Below are positions 34,801 through 49,800 of a stretch of DNA of 64,000 bases, piece by piece; position 1 is the stretch's first letter, and every line of letters starts with the position of its first letter. The stretch is from positions 59,520,001 to 59,584,000 of the forward strand of contig NC_083283.1 in the NCBI RefSeq assembly GCF_963506605.1, written 5' to 3'. Under the pieces are notes generated by a model. The model was not told the DNA's origin. It saw only the letters and a list, made by a program, of their open reading frames with translations, and made no database searches. The position numbers were made by a program, and so were the translations under genes. This stretch comes from Zootoca vivipara. Lineage: Eukaryota.

Positions 34801-37800
34801 CAATAAGGAACCTGGTTTTCAGAATTTGCTTCATGGAATGTGAACAAAATGAGCTATGGGAGTGACCTTTACTGCTGCATGGCTATTATGGTAGCCGGAT
34901 ATCTGTACAACAGCAGAAATGAATAAGAGAGCATGGGGTTTTTTTTTGGGGGGGGGGTTCTGTCATTGTCTTATGTATTAAAATTTGGGACTTATGAGCT
35001 AGATAAAATGTGAGTAAGAAGAGATATAATAGAGGTATATAAAATTATGCATGATGTGGATAATGTGCATAGAGAAAAGTTTTTCTCCCTTTCTCATGAT
35101 ACTAAAGGTTGGCATCCAATGAAGCTGAATATTGGAAGATTCAAAGCAAACAAAATAAAGTATTTCTTCAACAAATACACTTAAACTATGGAATTCGCTT
35201 CCACAAGAAGTGTGGGAATAGTGCAAGACTCAGCGAATCCATATTTTCTGTTAGGGGAGATTTAAGAATATGATTGTAATTTAATAATAGGTAGGTTTAG
35301 AAGTGATTATTGATATTATTTTGAGGTTCATAATATTATTAAGTAGTTGTAGTTATGAAAACTAGTAAAATTGATATATTAAATTGTAATTTAAATTTCA
35401 AAATCAATTATAAATATAAAATCATTTAAAACAGCAATAGCATGTTCATAAAATAAACTCAAACCCAAAACAGATACCAATTGGGATAAAGATTTAGAAG
35501 GCTTATTGAAAGAAGAATGTCTTTAGTAGACACCAAAAAGGAAATAGGGAAAAAATTCTAAAAGTCTTTTTATAATGTTATTAAAAATTATTTGATTGAA
35601 TAATTATCTTGGTAATTACTCTTGACATTTCAAGTTGATGAGCTTTATTAGAAGTCGGATAGTAAAATTTAGACTAAGACCATTTTTTCTTTCAAAGGAG
35701 TCGACAATCCCTCAAAGTTCGTGAGCACAAAGTTTTAGGCCCATATGTAGATGGTTTGTCTCAACTAGCTGTTACTAACTTTGAGGTAGGTAAAAACCAA
35801 ATATCTAATGATATTAATAGTATTCCTAGGGTATGGTGGGGCGGTAAGGTAAAGGTAAAGGGACCCCTGACCATTAGGTCCAGTCGTGACCGACTCTGGG
35901 GTTGCGCGCTCATCTCGCATTATTGGCCGAGAGAGCCGGCGTATAGCTTCCAGGTCATGTGGCCAGCATGACAAAGCCGCTTCTGGCAAACCAGAGCAGC
36001 ATATGGAAACGCCGCTTACCTTCCCGCTGTAGTGGTTCCTATTTATCTACTTGCATTTTGACGTGCTTTTGAACTGCTAGGTTGGCAGGAGCTGGGACCA
36101 AGCAACGGGAGCTCACCCCGTCACAGGGATTTGAACTGCCGACCTTCTGATCAGCAAGCCCTAGGCTCAGTGGTTTAACCTCAGTGCCACCTGGGTCCCA
36201 TGGTGGGGCGGGGACAGAGCTTATATAGCAGCCATGGCACACTGCTTTTATTACAGGCTGTGAGCACTGTGAGCTGAGAAAAGAAACACATGCATATACA
36301 ATTTATATGATGAAAACAATTTGTCTTACCCAAAATTGAATAAATACATAAGTAAATATTAAAGATTGGCTGAAGAGAAAGCACAGGTGGCATAGAAATA
36401 CATTTTAAAGGAGAGACCTTGTGTACCTTTATGGCTATGAGTATTCTAAAGTAAAAAAAAGAAAGAACTTTCTAAAGAAATTCAATATGGAAATGTTATT
36501 AGCAGTTTTTAAGCCATTTACTGATTTCAATTATTCTGTTAACAATTACATTATATTAATCAGCTGAAGATAAATTAAGGCACCTTCTATTTTCTAAACT
36601 GTTTGTGGGTGGGGTAAGCCTGTGATTAGGATGATGTAATTGTCTCTGGGCTTTATATGGAGAAGGTAGTGATTCTAGGTGAATCAGCTCTTTGAGCCAA
36701 TAGAAATGTTGTGAATGGGAAGAATAAATTCTTTGTTTCATCCATTGTTTTCATTATGCTTCAGGATATTGAATCATTGATGTCAGAGGGAAACAAGTCC
36801 CGAACAGTTGCAGCAACCAACATGAATGAGGAAAGCAGCCGCTCCCATGCTGTATTTAATATTATAGTAACTCAGACCCTTTATGACCTGCAGTCTGGCG
36901 TAAGCAAATTGAGTTTATGGGCCTTTGGAAATTTTATTGTGTGACTAATGTGATTCTAAGTATGTGAACTTGTAAATTCCTCCCCGTTGATTTCAGGGAC
37001 GCCCCAGTCCCAGACACGTGTTTTAAAATAGGGCTGTCAGTGCAGAAGAATGTTAATGGAAATGTACTGAAAATGGTTTAAAATCTATGATACACATATC
37101 AGTAGTATTCCTTAATCTGAAATGAGAAGCTAACACGATGGCGGATGATCTAAGATGCTATACCAAGCAGATTCCAGCAAAGAGCACATGAAATTTCAAA
37201 TATCATTTGTAGACACACATTACTATACTGTATTTGTTATTCTTCTACAGATTATAGAGGTTTGTAAAAAATCCAGTACAGCACTTCCTGTGTTGCTTTG
37301 GTTTGACATGTCTTCATGGTAATGAAGACATGGGAATGGGCAGGTACAAACTAGCCACCAGAAACCTTATGGAAGTAGTTCATCAAGACATGACAGTCAA
37401 TATATATCAGATTGCCCTACCTTATGTATGGGGGCGGAGAGAGAAATGTAATATCGTCAATAAATGTATTGGAATAGAACACGACCAGAGATCTGTTGCT
37501 TGGTAACCAGATTTAGGATTGGTTCCACCAAGTCAGAAAATTTAACCTTCTCTACTGGGACTGATATCAACTGCTGCTTGAGGGATCCTTAGAAGAAGAG
37601 TATGTAATACAGAACTCTCCAAATAAATTTCATCAGAATGGACATAGTGATCATTTGTGTGGAAGTGTCCTCATGAAACTTTTCATACACATGGAAAACT
37701 AAAATATTTTGGAGATGTCTAGGCTAAGAAACATATGCATAAGTAGAAGAACAGAGATGCTACCGTATATATAGATCCCGAACCTCCAAAAAGGTTTCTA

Positions 37801-40800
37801 CCGGCTTTATCATGCCTGCACATGAATCTGCATGAATACACAATGAGTAACTTTCACAAATGTTCTAGTTACAGGTAGGTAGCCATGTTGGTCGTCGAAA
37901 CAAAATTTAAAAATTCCTTTCAGTAGCACCTTAGAGACCAACTAGGTTTGTCATTGGTATGAGCTTTCATGTGCATGCACACTACTTCACAATGCACAAA
38001 TGTGTTAGACCCCTTTTTCTTGGAAAATGTGGAATGGAAAGGGTAATGAAATAGCATGCATCTTTATTATAACTGTCTGGTGTTTTTCAGCTTTTCCCTT
38101 CCAGGAAATTGTGATGCCAATATGGCATATATAATAAAATGTAAATTGGGCACATTTATTAGTATTTACAAAGATTTGCTAGTGTTAATTCTAAAGATGT
38201 CTGTACTAAACAGTAATGTGAAAGTAACTTAAAAATATCACAGCAACTGCCTCTTGCTGTTGTTCAAGTTTATTTGCCTGTATTTTATTGTTTCTTGCAC
38301 TGTGTGAAATCATAGTAGGCTATTAAAAATATTGATTTGTTTTTGTATGTTTGTGTTTTTGCTTAGAACTCTGGAGAGAAAGTGAGCAAAGTCAGCCTGG
38401 TAGATTTGGCTGGTAGTGAAAGAGTATCTAAAACAGGAGCAGCAGGAGAACGTCTGAAGGAAGGCAGCAATATAAACAAGTAAGGGCATGAGTGAATTTA
38501 ACTTATCCAAATAAACATTCACTTTAGCTGTACTCATCAGAAGGCCATTTAAATCAAGCTTCTCATCAGACTACATTCAAATAGCATTCAAAATTCTGAA
38601 TGTTACATTAGGTTTACTTTTCTGCAAATTTTTTCCATTTATGATCTAGGCATGTGACTAATGTGAAATCTTTAACCTGAAGTGACAGCAGCACTTTATA
38701 GAATGAAAAGTTGCTTGCACATTGTAATTTCTTCACACACATTTCCCCAAGCAGTTGTGGATATTGCATCAAATAGCAACTAAGTACGAGTAGGGTTTTA
38801 ATGGTTGCAGAGTTCTCAGTAAACTTGTTGTTACTTCAGTGTATTGGTCTTAACTAGATAAGGAGTGTCTCCACCCACATCGTTCAGCCTGGACACTGAG
38901 GTTCAACTCTAAAGGGCTTCTGGCAGTTCCCTCTTTGCAAGAAGTGAAATTACAGTGAACCAGGCAGAAGGCCTTTTCAGTTGTTGTACCCGCCCTGTGA
39001 AATGCCCTCACAGCCGATGTCAAAGAGTTAAAAGAACTATATAAATTTCCATAGACTTCTGAAGGCAGCCCTGTTTCAGGAAGCTTTTAATGTTTAATTT
39101 ATTTTTATTTTCATTTTTTCCGCGGGAAGCCGCTCAGAGTGACTGGGGAAATCTAGTCAGATGGGCAGGGTATAATATATATTATATCATCATCGTCGTT
39201 GTCATCATCATCATGCAACAAGTAGTTACAATGACTCCCAAATACGAATTCTGAAAGCTGCTTCATTTGTTTGCAGTAAATTTGCTTTTGCTATCCATCT
39301 GTTTTCTTAATAAACAAATGCCAGTGCTGTCAACTTTCCCTTTTTTTGCGGGAAATTCCCTTATTCAGCGCCCTTACTTTCATATCCGGGAGTTGACAGC
39401 CCCATAGGATTCCTTATCTTCAAACCCGGGGGTTGACAGCTATGCAAATGGCAGATAATTGACTCTTATTTACATAGCTTCATAGTAGGAGGTGCTCTTT
39501 CCTTCTGAAAATTGAATATGCTTTTTCCTATTCTTGCACTGTTTGCTTGCTTGTGTTTTTGACTGTAGTGCTACAAAGCACCCTTTAATAATATTGGTGC
39601 TTATTTTGACTTGTATGCAACACCTTTTAGTGTCTAGCTCCATAGGCTTTACAGAGCAGTTTTATTCTTCTACAGATTTCTATTACTCTTGAAATCCTTT
39701 TTAAATCTTCACAAGTTCTAGAATTTATTACATCCCACAGAAGCTACCTTTTTTTTGTTGCAAGATTAAATTTCATTGAAGCTTTTGACAAATTGTATGT
39801 TACATGTTCTACCTGATAACAATTTGCTGCTCTTCTAGGTCACTCTCAACACTAGGTTTGGTTATCTCATCACTTGCAGACCAAGCAGCAGGAAAGGGGA
39901 AAAACAAATTTGTGCCTTACAGAGACTCTGTACTCACCTGGCTTCTCAAGGTAAGACATGGCACTGTATCATTCTAAGTGGAACTGTCATGGACTGATAT
40001 GCTGTCTTGCACACCAGTGTGCAAACTTTTTTGACTAATTAAGAAATATTCTAGATGCAACCTCTTCCTGGTATGATACATGCTTTTTATTGCTATATTA
40101 ACCTTTTGACACAACTGTTTACTTGCCATTCTGATTTTTGCATACTTTGCATACTTTGATACTTTCTAATGCTGAGAGCTAAATATCCAATGTGTTGTAG
40201 GTCAGATGCAGTTGAAAGCAATGCACCTTGATTTTAAAAGTGTACATTATATTCAACTAAATCATTATGTGACACAGTGTTGTAGGTCAGATGCAGTTGA
40301 AAGCAATGCACCTTGATTTTAAAAGTGTACATTATATTCAACTAAATCATTATGTGAATGGAATGACTTTTGCCCATGCAACAGAACTTCCCTTTCCTCT
40401 CAATCCCCCATGTGCTCTCTGTTCCACCACTAGATCTGCTCTGGAGAGTTGGGGAAGGGGGAGGGGAAGTTCCCTTGTGCAAGTGAAAGTTGTTCTGCTT
40501 GTGCAATGACTTCAGTGAGTGCAAACCTTTGTATGCTAAATGTAGTGAAATTGTGCATTTAGAGAAGGGGTATATTTTCAAATTGCTTTACATATTTATG
40601 AATTCCTTAATATACTCTTTAGGACAACTTGGGAGGAAACAGCCAAACAGCTATGATAGCTACAATTAGTCCAGCAGCTGATAATTATGAAGAAACACTC
40701 TCCACACTGAGATATGCAGACAGAGCTAAAAGGATAGTTAATCATGCTATAGTAAATGAAGATCCAAATGCCAGGGTAATCCGAGAACTACGTGAAGAAG

Positions 40801-43800
40801 TAGAGAAACTAAAAGAACAACTTACTCAGGCAGAGGTAAATTTGTGGTAATATTACTGGTGAGATTCAGTGAGTTTTCTTTTTTATTAGTTCCATACACT
40901 TCTTATAAAAGGGGGGAGGTTAATGTTTTTGAATTGGTTATAAAATTTGTATCACAACAGGATTTATTTGAAGATGACCTGATGATCTGAATTTCTTGTG
41001 GGAAGGGGGAAATACAAATGGTGACACAATTATACATAATGAAAGAGTATTATGGGGTGCTAAGTATTTGCACCCATGTGTGTGATTCTGTTCACAACCC
41101 AATTTGTTTGACTAGCAGAACGGGATTAAAATTTGTCATGGATAAATTGGAATTTATAAAATGTTTGTAATTGTCATATTTTGGCTATGAAGGCTATGAA
41201 GGCACCAGAGTTAAAGGAAAAATTGGAGGAATCTGAGAAACTAATAAAAGAACTGACTGTCACTTGGGAGGAGAAGTTAAGGAAAACAGAAGAAATTGCA
41301 CAGGTATTCTTTTCAGTATTCTTTCTGCTAAATGCTGAATTAGTGTAAATTTGCATTACTTAGCCTGAGACCTGCCTGAGACCTGTGAATATAGGGTCGT
41401 ATATAAATTCAGTAAATAATAAAGAGATAATAGTCTATGGAATAGAGATGGACAATTTTATATTTCCAGAAGTGATCTGGCTGTCAACATACTGTTGCCT
41501 GAAAATCTATGGCTCTTGCTGTTCAGTTGGATTTTATAGTCCACTGTTGTTTACAATAGTGTGAATAAAACTAGGCAACAAACCAACAAATATGTATTGT
41601 CACATGCAACAAGACAATATGCAAATTAAAAACTTGGAAAACTAGAGAAAAATCCAAAAAATATAAAGTTTAAGAAAATCCCGAGGAAGTAGGTTAATTT
41701 TAGTATAATTAGCACCGTTTATATTGATGTCACACAATGCTAGCATACTTGCTGTGGTTGCATAGGCTTTACTTAGGTATTGTTCATTCTGTAGATGGAT
41801 GCAAAAATAACAGCTAGATTAAAACCTACAGTCACAGTAGGCAGCTACCCAAACACTCCCTGTTACAGCAAATAATTGTCACAGCTCACATGTCACTGTA
41901 TTGCTATGAGCATGCTCACTTGAAGCAAAGCTAAGGAGTTCTCAAGTTGAGGGCCAGGTATTGATATGGCTTAGTTTGGCCTAATTGAATGGTGTTTCAG
42001 TGTATTTTTGTATTCCTTCATGTTTCATCAGCAAATTTTGCAAGAGAATATGAAGTAAGGCAAGTAATTGTGCCCTGTGTGAGGTAGTACTTCCTTTTAT
42101 CCTGGGTTCTATTATTTAATAATGATAATAATAATAATAAATTTTTATTTATACCCCGCCCTCCCCAGTCAAAACCAGGCTCAGGGCGGCTAACACCAAT
42201 AAAAGTACAATAAAACATAAAAAGCAATTAATTAAAATACAGATTAAAATACAATATTAAAATTTAAAATGCAGCCTCATTTTAAGTATTCCATAAATCC
42301 AAACCATGAGGGAGGAAAAACACAGGGGTCAGACTGAATCCAACCCAAAGGCCAGGCAGAACAGCTGTGTCTTGCAGGCCCTGCGGAAAGATGACAAATC
42401 CCGCAGGGCCCTGGTCTCCCTTGAAAGAGCGTTCCACCAAGTTGGGGCCAATACTGAAAAGGCCCTGGCCCTAGTAGAGGCCAATCTAACCACCTTATGG
42501 CTCGGGATCTCCAGAATATTGTTGTTTGTGGACCTTAAGGTCCTCCATGGGGCATACCAGGAGAGGCGGTCCCGTAGGTACACGGGAGAGGGAGAGAACT
42601 TTTCCGCAGTGACCTTCTCCACCCCATTAGCGTACGGTATATGTGAAGTTAGGATTTTTCACCTCAGGAATTCCACCTCACATTGGAATTCATTTGCCAT
42701 TTTAATGCCCATTTGCTCAGTTGGAAGAGATCCTTTTGGAGCTCCTTGCAATCCCCTTTCGTTTTTACCACTGGTGTCATCAGAAAACTTGGCCACCTCA
42801 TTGCTCACTCCAGATCCTTTTGGATTAAGTTAAAAAGCACTGATTTCCATAAAGGTCTGTGAAGGAACCCACTGCTTGCTTAGCACCACTGCAACAACTG
42901 TCCATTAATTCCTGCTCTGTGGACCATTCTCTTATCTCATGACTGTTAAGTTTCCTCCAGCCAGAATCTAGTTGTATGTTCATTGATACTTCTGTTGTGA
43001 AGGAAAGTGAAAAAACAGCAAAGATTAGAATTAGTTTACATTCTAAATGTATATTTTAAAAATATTTTTATTGTGGCATATTGTCCAACCCACAGTTTAT
43101 AAGAATTTTATAAATTGTAATAATATGTTTCATTGTTTTAAAAGGCACTGATAGGACTGTATGCATGACTTCACTAGTCTGTTTCATTGACTGATGAACA
43201 AGAGTCATAATAGATGAAAGGCTTACTGGGTAGTGTTACTCATAGTTGTGCAACCTCTTTTGTTATCTGTTCTAGACCTATTATTTTAGCTGGGTGCAGA
43301 TTAATGGTAACTCTGTTTTTATTTCCAATGGTACCCTTTCACATGAGGAAGGCTGCTTCTGCTCACAGAAGAGTTTGTTTTATGCCTCAGAGTTGAGCAA
43401 TGTTTGAGAAAGGTGATTCTAAATCCAAATAGGTTTTCCCACTTGTACCACATTTTGGAAAAGTGGAAGCATGGAAACTGATATGGAACCTACCTATTAT
43501 AGTGCTATGTGAATTCTTGTGTAAAGATTCGTAGAGCAGTGTCAGCAGCTGTTTTTCTTCTGCCCGTGATTATGTCTCAAGTCATAATATTTAGGTTTAT
43601 TGGCACTTAGATCTGATGAATTAATTTTCCCCCCTGTGTATTTTACAGGAGAGACAAAGACAACTAGAGAGTATGGGCATTTCCCTTGAAACTTCCGGCA
43701 TCAAGGTTGGGGAAGATAAGTGCTACCTGGTGAATCTAAATGCAGACCCTGCACTCAATGAATTATTGGTTTACTATTTAAAGGTAAAAAGGCATTAAAT

Positions 43801-46800
43801 TCCATAATGTTTTGGAGCTTCCCTTGAAAAATTGTGCTAAATTTGAATTTGTGCGACTATATCTACATTAGGGGTTCAGGTGGCGCTGTGGTCTAAACCA
43901 CTGAGCCTAGGGCTTGCCGATCGGAAGGTCAGAGGTTCGAATCCCCTCGATGGGGTGAGCTCCCATTGCTCGGTCCCAGCTCCTGCCAACCTAGCAGTTC
44001 GAAAGCACACAAAAAAGTGCAAGTAGATAAATAGGTACCACTCTGGTTGGAAAGTAAACAGCATTTGCGTGTGCTGCTCTGGTTTCGCCAGAAGTGGCTT
44101 AGTCATGGTGGCCACATGACCCGGAAAAACTGCGGACAAACGTCTGCTCCCTCAGCCAGTAAAGCGAGATGAGTGCCACAACCTCAGAGTCGTTCACGAC
44201 TGGACTTAACTGTCAGGGTTCCTTTACCTTTACCTTTTCATATCTACATTGGTTCTTAAAGTGTGGGACTGACACTTCCTTACTTTTTTTTAATAAAAAA
44301 AACTCAGTCAGTACTTTATTTGCAAAAACTAAAAGACATTGCAGAAAAAATGTTGATCCTTCTATTATTTAACCTGATCATTTACTATGATTTCTCTCAG
44401 TTTAACCCTTCCTTGTAAGTGGTCAAAAAGGCTAATATGAATTCTTGTGTAAGCATGTGCTCTCACTTCTAAGGCTTTATCATAATTTTGGTCCAGGAAG
44501 GAGAAATTTAGATTCTGTGTAAACTTCTGCTGTTTGTTATGCACATAGTCCATACCGTTGTGAATTTAATTTTGAGAATCAGTTCATATATCTCAACGAA
44601 AAAATAAAATGATGAGATAGTTTGCTGTATGTATTCAGTTTATTGATAGGCATAGTAATAAATGTGTATAAAGATAGCTTTTTCATTCAGTTATCTCTGT
44701 CTCTTAACATTCAAGCCAAGTTTTGTTTCTCGTATATAGTACACAGTACTGAATCAGGTTTTTTTGTTATAGATAAATTGGATTGCTATCAGTAGATTTC
44801 AGATGGGTAATTATTGTAATAACTAAACCTAGCTCTTTTATCTTTGTTCTTAGGAACCTATTTTCTTAGACCTATATAATAATTGCAACCAAATGTTTCT
44901 AGTGTTATAAGCAGAAATGACTGTGAACAATTAAGCTGTGAAAATATTCCTAGTTTGCAAAGGCAATTGGTTAATCCCATGTACAGCATTATGTCTCAAT
45001 CTTTGTATAATAATTAAGTGTGGGCATATATTTCTGTGAGTTCAGTTTTAGAGAGTTTGTACAGGGGCCTTGTTACCTCTGCCAGGCTAGCAATAGTTTC
45101 ACTGTGTAATGAATTTGGCCATGGGATTCCAGGGTGGATTGCACATACTTTGTGATGAATAAGTATGTGCCTGTGTCAATAGAAGCAGCAGATTTATTTT
45201 CATTGTAATTGTCTTAACCAGGATCATACTAGAGTTGGTGCAGATACTTCTCAGGATATACAGCTATTTGGGATAGGGATCCAACCAGAGCATTGCGAGT
45301 TAGACATTGCACCAGATGGGGAAGTTTCTCTCTCACCAAAAGAAAATGCAAGGTAAGAGAAATGCAAAATCAGTTTCAACCTACGGAAAAGGGTGGCATT
45401 CATGTTTGTAGAGAAATTTATGGAAAAGCACCCTGATAAGTAAAGAGGAAAACCTCACATATTTAGTTTGATACCGTCATAATGATAAGAGCAATAAAAT
45501 AAGTGCTTGTGCTGTTTTTGATGCATAAGCATACCAGGAGAGATGCTTCTCATATCATATGAGAATTGAACTGCTCAGACCTTTCTTTGAAATATGGAGC
45601 AGTACATAAATTACCTTAATAATATAACAACAATAAAAGGTAAAACAAAGCTATATCCCATAATATTTTGCTCTGTAATATTTCTAGGTGTTTGACTTCG
45701 GAAATATTTGAGTAGTGCCACAAAAGAATGCTAAGAAAAAACAAATGTTAAATGTAGAGGTGAACCACAACAAAATCAGTCAGTTTAAAGGAGTGTCCAT
45801 AACTTCTTGATGCCAGTACTAGCAACATGATAAACAGATATCCTGTAATCATGATTGCATACACCAATTATTAATAATCCAAATTTGTGGAGTACTTAAG
45901 AGTAAGTTTTTTGAATACTAGTAAGGGAAAGGATTCCCACCAATATCACCATGTCCAAATAAAATCTAAATCTCTTTGAAGACATGATGCCAGCTTTAAG
46001 GGCAAATTAGGAATGTAAATGTATAGAAATAAGCACAGTGTATTCTACATAAGCTTTATTTATACTTTTTGCATGGTATACCTTAGTGTGTTATACTCAA
46101 GTGCTTTAGCCATAAGAGAACAAAATTCCAAACAGATGGTGTTCTGTGTTGTTATGATAGAATTACATTGCTAGGAGTTAGTCATTTTGACTGGCAAGAA
46201 CAAAGAAGCATGTCATTGGAAAAAATGTATAACTAAATGGGCTTTGTTTAATTTGTGCTTCATCCAAAATGCCTTAATAGGCGCAAACCTTGTTACCAAA
46301 GTTACAACTGACAGTACATTGAATCATTTCATTGCTGATTCTCATGGAGATTGAAAGAAACTTCTTTGTGATATGGAGATGAATTAAAATACTGTTTCAC
46401 TTTTCTTCACCACACTTGGAACCCAGAGATTTTTTTCAGCAATGAAAGAAATAGAAGACAGCTGTTTTAAATGCTACCTTTCTAACAAAATTAGGTGCAC
46501 AATGATTAATTTCCCTGTTTCTGCATGCCTAAATTTAAGGGCAGTGAAAATGTATACAAAGCTGCTTCTCTAATGTTTCCTCTAAGGTCTGCACCAAAAA
46601 TGTGTTCTTTCTGCTGTGGCTAATGTGAAATAAAATTATTTTAATCAGAGTAACCTAGTTTTGGAAGATTGTTTTTTAAACTCTGGGAGCAACATATGCA
46701 CAAGTCTCATTAAGGAGGTTTTAACTGGGTTTGTGCAGACTGCTTATGGTAAACAGCCTGTGACCCAATTACTTAAACGTATATGCTGCATATTGCATTG

Positions 46801-49800
46801 CTAAAACCAAGCCACTTTCTGTCCTGTATATAATAAAGAGGTGCTGCAGCAGCAATAATAATTTGTCAGTAGAGATCAGGCTCTTGTTACAGCCTTTATG
46901 ACTTTTATTTCACACATTTATGCATGTTTAGGGGTTTCTGTTAGTAGGCCTTTGTGGTGCTGAATCAAGAGAAAACACTTCTTCATTCTTCTCCACATTA
47001 AGTGAATAGGTAATTCATCCAAAAGGCTTTTAAGTAGAGAGCTTTCCCAGTCTGCATCTGTATTGGAAGAATTTTTAAAAAAATATGTTTTAATTGTTTT
47101 ATTGTTTCTGTGTTTGTCACCCTGAGCACCTTTGAGAGGAAGGATGGGATACAAATTAAATAATCTATTGACACTTTTATCCGAGAGCTAGGCACAAGCA
47201 GGCTGGAAAAAAGAGAGCACATGTCTATTGGAGTATCTGTACTAAGACTCATAAGGCAATTACTTCTTTGCGACACTGCATAATCAAGTAATGCAAAGTG
47301 TAACTGTCGGAGCTCAGTATGTAGACTTTTCACTACCTGGTCTGTTTAGCACACATCATCAGGTTGGAATGGGAAATTGTAAAGGCCTTTTTCCTATCCT
47401 TCTCATGCCTCTTCAGAGAAGCATACCTCACACTTTGAGAACTGTGGAAATGTGAGGCTATGAAGAAAGCACATGTGTTTGCATTGCTGAATGTGCATAT
47501 TTCTGCTTGCCTCTTCTCACAAAGTATTTATATGTGCCTTGGTTGAGCCCAGAAAGAAAACACCACCTTGCTTCTCCTGATGTGTTTCATGTGAGTAAGA
47601 ATATATTTTATAACATGATTCCTGGCAGCTAGATGATACACACTATTCACTGTCCCTGCTGGACCAAAGAGCAAGAGTGACCAGTGGGTAGGAGAGAATT
47701 TGTCCCCTTCTGTATCTCTTTCCTGTATAACAATTCCCGTGGACCAGAGTGAGCAATGTTTTGTGACTACTGGGAATTTTTGTTAGAGAACTCAGATTTT
47801 AAAGGATAATTTCAAGTTTTTTCAATCTTGTGCTTTGCTTTCAGATCCTGTGTAAATGGCACGTTGGTGTGTTCTGTGACACAGTTGTGGCATGGAGATA
47901 GAATCTTATGGGGAAACAACCACTTCTTTAGGTAATCTCTCTCTCTCACTCACTCACTTCTTTATTTACAGAGCCATGTCCAAATATTATTAGTGAAGAA
48001 TCTTACTTCCAAAGAATGATGCTAAATAGATGAACTTCTTCATTACAGCTCAGACTTCTATAGAATTAGCTTTTGGGTAACTAGTCTGTCTAGGTTTCCA
48101 TCTAGTCCACACAGTATCTTCTAAGATAATATTTCTCTTGTTATGATACTCTGTTGAATAGAGCTTGAATTTGTGAGCATATTTTCAAAAACTGAAATCA
48201 ATCCAGTCTTAAATACTGATCACTTGCTTTAGAGCAAGTACCAGGAGCTATGCATCCTAACATGAACAGCCTTGAATGGAAGATGGAAGCAAATTGGCTT
48301 TCATTGTGTTTGGCAAATACTACATTGTAGTGTAGAAATTTGTTGCTTTTAAGTCATTGTTATACTGTATGTTCCCTTGTACATGGGGAGAACAATGTCT
48401 CAGTAAAAAGATATATCTGTTGTGACTCATGTTAGGTGTGGGATAACCTAACTACAGTCGCCTATGTTCTGGCAACCTCTAGGCTAGATTACTGTAACAC
48501 TTTATACTTAGGGCTGCCTCTGAATAGGGTTTGGAAGCTTCAGCTGGTGGAGAATTTGGTGGCCAGGTTGCTGGCTGGGGCAAGATGGTTTGAGCATATT
48601 ACACTGATCCTGGCCCAACTGGCTCCCAGTTAGTTTCTGGGAAACCAGTTAGTGCTGGTTTTGACCTATAAAGCCTTGAGCTGCTCAGGATTGCAATACC
48701 TCAAGGACTGCCTCTCCCCACAAGAACCAACCTGGACCCTGTGATACTCATGTGAGGACCTTCTTTGTGTGCCTCCTCCACAAGAGGTCTGGAGGGTGGC
48801 AACATAAGAACAGGCCTTTTCTGCAGTGGTTCCCTGTTTGTGGAATGCGATTTCTTCTGGGAGGTTCATCTGGCATCTTCATTCTACAGTTTTAGGTGCT
48901 AGGTGAAAACGTTCCTCTTCAACCAGGCCTTGGTTGACTAACATCCTATATCCTTTTAAATATGTTTTGCAGGAGGTTATTGTTTTGTTTTGTTTCTGTT
49001 CTTGTTTTTCTTATATATTTTGTGTTTTTATCTTGTGTTTATATGCTGTGAGCTGTCATGAGATCTATGGATGAAGGACGGTATACAAATTTAATAAATA
49101 AATAAAATATATATGTTACTGTACCTTTAAGATGAATAGAATCTTAAGAGCAAGACTTGTCAGTTTGCTTTGTCTGTTAGAGAAGGTTAAGATTAAATTC
49201 AGTGAAGGTTGTACATATATGTGTCCTTATTAATCTACAGTCAGCACTGTAGCTTCCTTTGTTTTGGAACAACCTACAGCATGCCTTTCCTCCCTGCTCA
49301 TGGTTTCTTAAGTGTAGAAAGATCTTATCCACAGAATCCAGCATTTTAAAAATGGATTTACCAAGGTATTTCATAACAACTTTCTCAACTTTTTAACAGA
49401 ATCAATCTGCCTAAGAGAAAGCGAAGAGATTGGTTGAATGACTCTGAAAAAGAGCTGCAGTTAACAGAACATGATCTAGATGCAGCCAGCGAAGCTTCTT
49501 CGGAACCAGACTATAACTATGAGTTTGCACAAATGGAAGTCATAATGAAAACACTGAATAGCAATGGTAAGAAGCTGGTGCTCAGCATCACTGAAAATGT
49601 CAGACAGGAGCACATAAATTTCAAGGTCCTGGCAATAGATAGGTTCTTTAATCTGTTCCCTTGTCCTGATGGTTGTAAATAAGGAGTGGATAATTTTGTT
49701 GTGTTCAATAACTTGTGACTTTCTGGGAACAGAGACTGTGGAGGAGTAAATCATGTATGACCAACTGATCCTAATTATATTTACTAGGAAGTAAGTGGAG

